DNA of 12,167 bases from an uncultured archaeon (GTDB taxonomy: Archaea; Asgardarchaeota; Thorarchaeia; Thorarchaeales; Thorarchaeaceae): contig CAYHAA010000033.1 of NCBI GenBank assembly GCA_964354495.1, positions 1 through 12,167 on the forward strand. The letters are read 5' to 3'. Position numbers and translations under genes: made by a program. The notes beneath the pieces are model-generated. The model saw only the letters and a program-made list of their open reading frames with translations. It was not told the origin of the DNA and ran no database searches. Shown here piece by piece: positions 1 to 4,495 of the stretch (position 1 is its first letter; each line of letters begins with the position of its first letter).

Positions 1-82
1 GAGCCGGTCTGCGAAGAAGAAGATGAACAGAACCATCATTGACCAAGTCCCACAGTCGAGCACTGTCGATATCCACGTGTAG
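1..82 (+). CDS. Probable 3' end of an unidentified gene entering from the left edge (...SRSAKKKMNRTIIDQVPQSSTVDIHV*)
   Basis: Frame starting at nt 2 is open to TAG 80-82, with a coding-like pattern (19 of 26 third positions G/C by hand count, mostly purine first positions). No family recognised. Competing minus-strand frames exist (e.g. ATG 142 open to the edge). Confidence 0.35.
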   Translation, partial: SRSAKKKMNRTIIDQVPQSSTVDIHV

Positions 83-234
83 AGGGGTATGGTCTTCGAC
101 CTGATAGGGTTTCGATAGAAGTCGCAACTGTGGGCAGGTCATGAATTGCGGTATCGGCCAGGACTATTAAGGTCGTCATAGAATTAGACATGAGAAGAAA
201 TGCTGTCAGTCCTGCTAGCGTCAATTGGATAGCT

Positions 235-275
235 TTTTATGATATCAATTCAGAAACACAGTACTGACAAGGTGA
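235..275 (+). promoter_or_regulatory. Candidate archaeal TATA box (TTTTATGA 235-242) and Shine-Dalgarno (GGTGA 271-275) for rps30e
   Basis: GGTGA ends 7 nt before ATG 283. The TATA-like element lies about 40 nt upstream of the ATG, implying a TSS near 265-270. Confidence 0.45.
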
Positions 276-282
276 AGTATCG

Positions 283-444
283 ATGCCCGGTTCACATGGT
301 TCATTAACAAAGGCGGGAAAAGTACGAGAGTCCACACCAAAGGTCAAGGGTCGTGAGAGGCATACACCGATTCCCAGACTGCGAAACAAGAGGAACTATC
401 ACAAAAGATTCGTGCAAGGAATGACGATTGGGATTAGAAAGTAA
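283..444 (+). CDS. rps30e: 30S ribosomal protein S30e (eS30), 53 aa
   Basis: Manual translation MPGSHGSLTKAGKVRESTPKVKGRERHTPIPRLRNKRNYHKRFVQGMTIGIRK carries the S30e signature HGSL-x-x-AGKVR-x-x-TPKV and is highly basic. SD upstream, TAA 442-444. Absent from the ORF track, probably below its length cutoff. Confidence 0.95.
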   Translation: MPGSHGSLTKAGKVRESTPKVKGRERHTPIPRLRNKRNYHKRFVQGMTIGIRK

Positions 445-447
445 CAC

Positions 448-468
448 TTTGTTTCCACTTATTCTTTA
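448..468 (+). terminator. Possible T-rich archaeal terminator after rps30e
   Basis: Pyrimidine/T-rich tract (tttgtttccacttattcttta) right after the stop codon, with no hairpin. Confidence 0.25.
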
Positions 469-606
469 TCAACAATCTCCTTTAATTCGCTCATTGTAGT
501 TGTAGCTGTAATTATTCATCTTGACTCTCTTGCCGTTCTGAACAAATCTGACAGCTATTGTGTTCGCTATATTCTTCATCTGAAAAGGGACACTCATTTG
601 TGTCAT
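469..606 (-). CDS. Possible small basic protein, 45 aa (MTQMSVPFQMKNIANTIAVRFVQNGKRVKMNNYSYNYNERIKGDC)
   Basis: Starts 5 nt after the HNH stop on the same strand and fills the gap to rps30e. No homology recognised; could be a chance ORF. Confidence 0.2.
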   Translation of the reverse strand: MTQMSVPFQMKNIANTIAVRFVQNGKRVKMNNYSYNYNERIKGDC

Positions 607-611
607 TTAGA

Positions 612-1247
612 TTACAGTCGATAGAATCTATGCTCGTTCCCTTCATCTTCTAGCGGTGCTGAAAAACAGTATGGTCCAGGATGAAAATCACCACCACAAG
701 GGGGTTCGCCTTCATAGGGGCAATCCTCACATTTCTGTTCTACAAAATCGTATGAAATGGATGAATGTAATTCGTATTCATCTGGCTCTTCATGCAGGCT
801 CGTTGGTTGCAGAACAGCAACTCTATACCATCCAGAGCCTCGTTTTTTTGCTGGACCAATATTCAATTTCCTACAAATATGATCTGGTCCAAATAAGATG
901 TGGCCGTGAGTACATTCAATAGTTGCTTCCGAATGCCCTACTTCTCGAAGGTAAGATACATACTTCTCCATGTATTCCAATCTATGGTTCAAATCAGACA
1001 CATAATCAGGTTCTCTTTGCTTCCAGTATTCCAAATCCTTTCCGACATAAGATCTTGCCCCATTATGAATCGCTTCATGAACTTCTTTTGAGAGTGTGAC
1101 TAAGTTACTAAGGTCATTGTTTGAGCGGTCACCGCCAATATGATGGACGGCAATACTAGCTCTAATTCCGGATATAACACACTTGTTTCCATCTCGTTCT
1201 AGAACACCGGGCACTGTTAGTAGGATATCCAAGAAGATAGAAGCCAC
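612..1247 (-). CDS. HNH (beta-beta-alpha-Me) endonuclease-family protein with a C-terminal Cys-rich tail; 5' end uncertain
   Basis: VLERDGNKC..S...VHHI.GD..NN.LSNLVTL...H..IH matches the HNH core. C-terminal CEDC-x7-C-x9-C. GTG start has no well-spaced SD. Confidence 0.75.
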   Translation of the reverse strand: MASIFLDILLTVPGVLERDGNKCVISGIRASIAVHHIGGDRSNNDLSNLVTLSKEVHEAIHNGARSYVGKDLEYWKQREPDYVSDLNHRLEYMEKYVSYLREVGHSEATIECTHGHILFGPDHICRKLNIGPAKKRGSGWYRVAVLQPTSLHEEPDEYELHSSISYDFVEQKCEDCPYEGEPPCGGDFHPGPYCFSAPLEDEGNEHRFYRL

Positions 1248-1469
1248 GCAAGAGTAATTCTCACCCGTCGCATTTTGCTTTACAAGATTGATAAATTCTT
1301 TATAGGTACTCCTCCCTAGATTTAGATATCAAGATGGTGAAACCAATGCACGATGTCTCCAATGCAATGAGACTCAAGCTTCCATGCGAGTTGCCCCCGA
1401 CCCCCGCTAAAATACATCAGACATCCGACTGACTACCAAAGCGAACTGCGACGATTTGCGATAGAGGAA

Positions 1470-1496
1470 TGGTCCTTCGTCGGGAATTGAACCCTG
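1470..1496 (-). other. tRNA 3'-end-like fragment (CAGGG-TTCAATT-CCCGACGAAGGA-CCA); no complete tRNA
   Basis: T-loop consensus GGTTCRANTCC with a 3-bp GGG/CCC stem and a terminal ACCA. CCA is 1 nt closer than canonical, and no matching 5' acceptor strand was found nearby. Confidence 0.3.
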
Positions 1497-1727
1497 TTTC
1501 TATCACTCTATGTCGTTGGACTGATTGCCATCAAGGCGTGACCTGTGGAGGAATTCTGCAAGCTTAAGCTGTTCAATTGATAGTCGATAACTACTCTGAA
1601 TCTGCTGTCGTCCTCTACCTCCGTGGTTCGATAATAAGGCGTTCTGACTTTTCGTGCGGTCACCAGAGATAAATATCATATATGGTGGATTACGCTAGTA
1701 CGCATACTCGATGGAGTGGTATGGAAC

Positions 1728-2726
1728 ATGGAACCAGTGCTGGAGTATACGGTGAGGGATGACAGGCCCAGGATAATCAGGCAGAGAGATGAGATCATAA
1801 CTATCGGTACTCATAAGGCGTTCACAAGGACAGATGTTCGGCTAATTGACCAAGAGATTGTGACCATCGATATATCTGAACTGAGCATGTGCTCCGAGAT
1901 GGAGGAGATTGATCTTGGTATCAATAAGATTGAACACATTGACCTGGGTTCTCTCGCCTCGTGTCCCGTTCTTCAGAGGATCAGCCTATCGAGTAACAGC
2001 CTTCAGAGAGTTGATCTGACCCCGCTCAGCTCCTGCACTCTCCTGCAGTCCATAAGGCTCGACGGCAACCTCCTGACGAGCATTGACCTAGCTCCCATCA
2101 GTTCGTGTACCCGTCTGAGGGACCTCACTCTGGGGCATAATTGCCTCCGGAGTGTCGACCTCACGCCCCTCACCCCATGTCATGACCTGAAGGAACTCCG
2201 ACTTCACTCAAATCAGCTCGAGGGCATTGACCTGAGCCCTCTTCGCGGCAGGGTCGGTCTGCGGTCGCTCAATCTTGGCGGCAATAAACTACGAGGCATC
2301 GACGTGGAACCGCTGAGCAACTGCACAGACCTCTTCTCGGTGGACCTGGAGTCCAATCATCTTCAGAACATCGACCTTGGACCGCTCAGCTCCTGCCGCA
2401 GCCTGGAATCACTCTCGCTCAGAATGAATCAGCTTCAACACATAGATCTCTCTCCTCTCAGCTCGTGCAAGGAACTCTCGTCTTTGCATCTTCGTAATAA
2501 TCAGCTCGAAACCATTGACCTGAGCCCTCTTAGTGGCCATGCCGGATTGTGGCAGCTCAGTCTTGGGCATAATCGATTACGGAACATCGATCTGGAGCCA
2601 TTGAGCGGCTGCAAGAGGCTATACTCTCTGGGACTGGAATCCAATCGTCTTGAGAGGGTCGACATAAGACCACTCAGCTCCTGCAAGGAACTCCATTCTC
2701 TCGACCTTGATGACAATCCTCTCTAG
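1728..2726 (+). CDS. Leucine-rich repeat protein, 12 tandem 24-aa repeats (LxxIDLxPLxxCxxLxxLxLxxNx)
   Basis: Very regular 24-aa period. ATG 1728 is preferred over GTG 1716 because GGAGTGG (1713-1719) is at SD spacing. Ends at TAG partway through the repeat register. Confidence 0.93.
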   Translation: MEPVLEYTVRDDRPRIIRQRDEIITIGTHKAFTRTDVRLIDQEIVTIDISELSMCSEMEEIDLGINKIEHIDLGSLASCPVLQRISLSSNSLQRVDLTPLSSCTLLQSIRLDGNLLTSIDLAPISSCTRLRDLTLGHNCLRSVDLTPLTPCHDLKELRLHSNQLEGIDLSPLRGRVGLRSLNLGGNKLRGIDVEPLSNCTDLFSVDLESNHLQNIDLGPLSSCRSLESLSLRMNQLQHIDLSPLSSCKELSSLHLRNNQLETIDLSPLSGHAGLWQLSLGHNRLRNIDLEPLSGCKRLYSLGLESNRLERVDIRPLSSCKELHSLDLDDNPL

Positions 2727-2786
2727 AGTGGTCCGCTGGGACCTCTTGCCTCCCGTCCTAGTCTGAAGAAGCTGGACATATAGGGA
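2211..2786 (+). repeat. 288-bp (4 x 72 bp) higher-order duplication inside the LRR gene
   Basis: aatcagctcga..cattgacctgagccctctt occurs at 2211 and 2499 (offset 288). Paired repeats match: LEGIDLSPL/LETIDLSPL and LRGIDVEPLS..LESN/LRNIDLEPLS..LESN. Confidence 0.7.
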
Positions 2787-2831
2787 AGTATGATGCTGTT
2801 TGTGAGTGCAGGTCGAAGGCCTCTTCATTGA
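2727..2831 (+). pseudogene. In-frame LRR capping-repeat remnant beyond the TAG (SGPLGPLASRPSLKKLDI*GSMMLFVSAGRRPLH*)
   Basis: Keeps the repeat spacing L-x-P-L-x-x-x-x-x-L-x-x-L-x-I. Second TAG at 2781-2783, TGA at 2829-2831. Confidence 0.6.
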
Positions 2832-2962
2832 ATGACCCTCAGACTGAAGGGGCACTCGCCACTGGAATGGGACACTGCATCGGAAATCTTGGCATCATCT
2901 CACCGCTCGAATCTACCTCTCCTCTTTTCACTCCTGAATGTACGAGTCTCACCATGAGGCTT

Positions 2963-3940
2963 TCAGGGATGTTGAAAGTCAGTCAGCGACTCCAGGGAGT
3001 CGACGGGGCTCGTGTCCAGTTCTCTGATGGGATTGTCTTCCAGTCTCAAGACCTTGAGCCCGTGACATCCCGCGAGCGGGGTCAGGTCGATCGACTTCAA
3101 TCTATTGTCGGAGATGTCAATATGTTTAAGATTCTTGCATGTGGACAATGACGAGAGGTCGATGTTGTCCAGTCTATTATCGAACAACAGAACTATCTCG
3201 AGATTGGCACACTCTCCCAGGGGTGTGAGGTCCACTCGCTGCAACTGATTTCTTGCTGCAACAAACTCGGTCATATCACACTGTGCAAGCGGCGTTAGGT
3301 CAATCTCTGTCAGTCTGTTCGACATCAGACTTAGATCACTTAGCATCCTGCAAGATGAGAGCGGGGTAAGATCCAAAGCCTCGATCTTGTTCTGATTGAG
3401 TGTGAGTTTGCGCATACTCCTATTCTGTGCCAGGGGCGCCAAATCACAGCTTGTTATTCGATTATTCTTGAGAGAGATCTTCTCAAGATTGGCTAACCTC
3501 GCTGTAGACTCGAAGTCAATGCTGGTCATTTCAAGACCTATCAGACTGAGCTTCTTGAGGGTGACACAACTGCCCAGAGGCATCAGACTCGTCTCCGCAA
3601 ATCCGCTACAATACTCAATGAAGAGGTCTGTGAGAGACTCAAGGGATGCTATCTCTCTCAATAGGCCGGTAGAGAACGGACCAGCGTCACCGATATTCAG
3701 AGTCTCCAACTGTGGCGTATTAGACAGTAGGTTAGGGAGCGCAGTTATTGGTGTGAAATCTGTAAGCTGGATGAACTTCAGGTTCTTCAGTTGCCTCAAA
3801 GGTGAGAAGTCAATACCCTCCAATGAGCACCTTCTAAAGAAGAGCTCTTCTAGGGATGGATTCTCTGACACCCTCTCAATGACTCTGTTATTTAGCAGTT
3901 CGACATCTTCTCTAGTCGTTCTGGGAAAATCGTGGCTCAT
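2963..3940 (-). CDS. Leucine-rich repeat protein, about 12 repeats of 23-25 aa, 325 aa
   Basis: C-terminal repeats are of the LxxLxLxxNxLxxIDLTPLxxC type. N-terminal repeats lack the Asn. Convergent with the first LRR gene. Confidence 0.93.
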   Translation of the reverse strand: MSHDFPRTTREDVELLNNRVIERVSENPSLEELFFRRCSLEGIDFSPLRQLKNLKFIQLTDFTPITALPNLLSNTPQLETLNIGDAGPFSTGLLREIASLESLTDLFIEYCSGFAETSLMPLGSCVTLKKLSLIGLEMTSIDFESTARLANLEKISLKNNRITSCDLAPLAQNRSMRKLTLNQNKIEALDLTPLSSCRMLSDLSLMSNRLTEIDLTPLAQCDMTEFVAARNQLQRVDLTPLGECANLEIVLLFDNRLDNIDLSSLSTCKNLKHIDISDNRLKSIDLTPLAGCHGLKVLRLEDNPIRELDTSPVDSLESLTDFQHP

Positions 3941-3972
3941 TGTGGTCCAATCTATCTGTACTGATCAATTCA

Positions 3973-3978
3973 CTTAAG
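3973..3978 (-). promoter_or_regulatory. Possible TATA-like element (CTTAAG, preceded by A-rich GAGAAAAT) for the second LRR gene
   Basis: 33-38 nt upstream of ATG 3940. Spacing fits a short-leader archaeal transcript, but the match to consensus is weak. Confidence 0.22.
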
Positions 3979-4195
3979 AACTATTTTCTCTCAATGTACT
4001 TCACTGCCTATCACAGTCAATTTGCCTTATTCGTCAGCCTAGATAAGAACGTCCACACCTTGTCTCATACAGCCTGAGCTCTCTAAGTTTCATGCAAGCT
4101 TACGGAGAACTGAGAATGATTGAAACCCGGCAAATCTAACAATATCTTGGCAAAACTGAAATCCGTGTTCGAAAGTCTGCTAAGGGCCCGAGTAA

Positions 4196-4476
4196 TATTC
4201 TAGAGTAACCTGCTCTCCCCCAGAGGTTGAGATTCGCTCCAATTATCTGTTCATTTGCCAAGAATGTAAGCCGAATGAGGCTCCCGATGGATGGCATTAC
4301 TCTGATAACAGAAGAGGAAACTGGTTCACAAAGCCCCAATGAGAGATATCTCACCTTCCTGACACTCGAAAACAGTGGAAGAAGAGATGAAAGATGTACG
4401 GTATCACCTAGGCCTAGAGTTACCAAGCTAGAAGAAGCTCCAAGAAGAACCAATGTCCCCTCCGCCCAAACCATAG
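4196..4476 (+). pseudogene. Possible decayed ORF with a CxxC motif, spread over two frames
   Basis: One frame reads ..EIRSNYLFICQECKPNEAPDGWHYSDNRRGNWFTKPQ* (to 4342). The adjacent frame reads KAPMRDISPS*HSKTVEEEMKDVRYHLGLELPS*KKLQEEPMSPPPKP*. Protein-like by eye only. Confidence 0.2.
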
Positions 4477-4495
4477 TTCAAGTCCGATATTTGGC

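Noticed and set aside
36-224. 62-aa minus ORF (MTLAGLTAF...) and an alternative minus frame from ATG 142 open to the left edge
   Set aside because: No recognisable family. The faint resemblance of MTTLIVLADTAI to SPOUT/Nep1 N-termini is not sustained, and codon-position bias favours the plus-strand frame ending at 82.
656-1091. Plus-strand ORFs 656-922 and 900-1091
   Set aside because: Antisense shadows of the HNH gene with no motifs.
1380-1570. Possible RNase P or SRP RNA (GAGGAATTCTG at ~1548; G/C runs at 1394-1406)
   Set aside because: Only a partial match to the RNase P GAGGAA-x-x-TCC block, with no other conserved regions or extensive pairing.
1860-2720. Regular 72-bp periodicity considered as a CRISPR array
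   Set aside because: The periodicity is degenerate and codon-phased and is fully explained by the LRR protein; there are no invariant repeats with unique spacers.
2501-3151. ORFs 2501-2716(-), 2619-2855(-) and 2828-3151(+)
   Set aside because: Shadows of the two LRR genes; Ser/Leu/Arg-rich and motif-free.
3396-3977. 193-aa plus-strand ORF
   Set aside because: Antisense to the clearly repetitive LRR gene; explained by codon bias of the real strand.
4136-4474. 112-aa minus ORF with hydrophobic start and 91-aa plus ORF 4227-4502
   Set aside because: Mutually overlapping with no motifs; neither can be supported as an intact gene.
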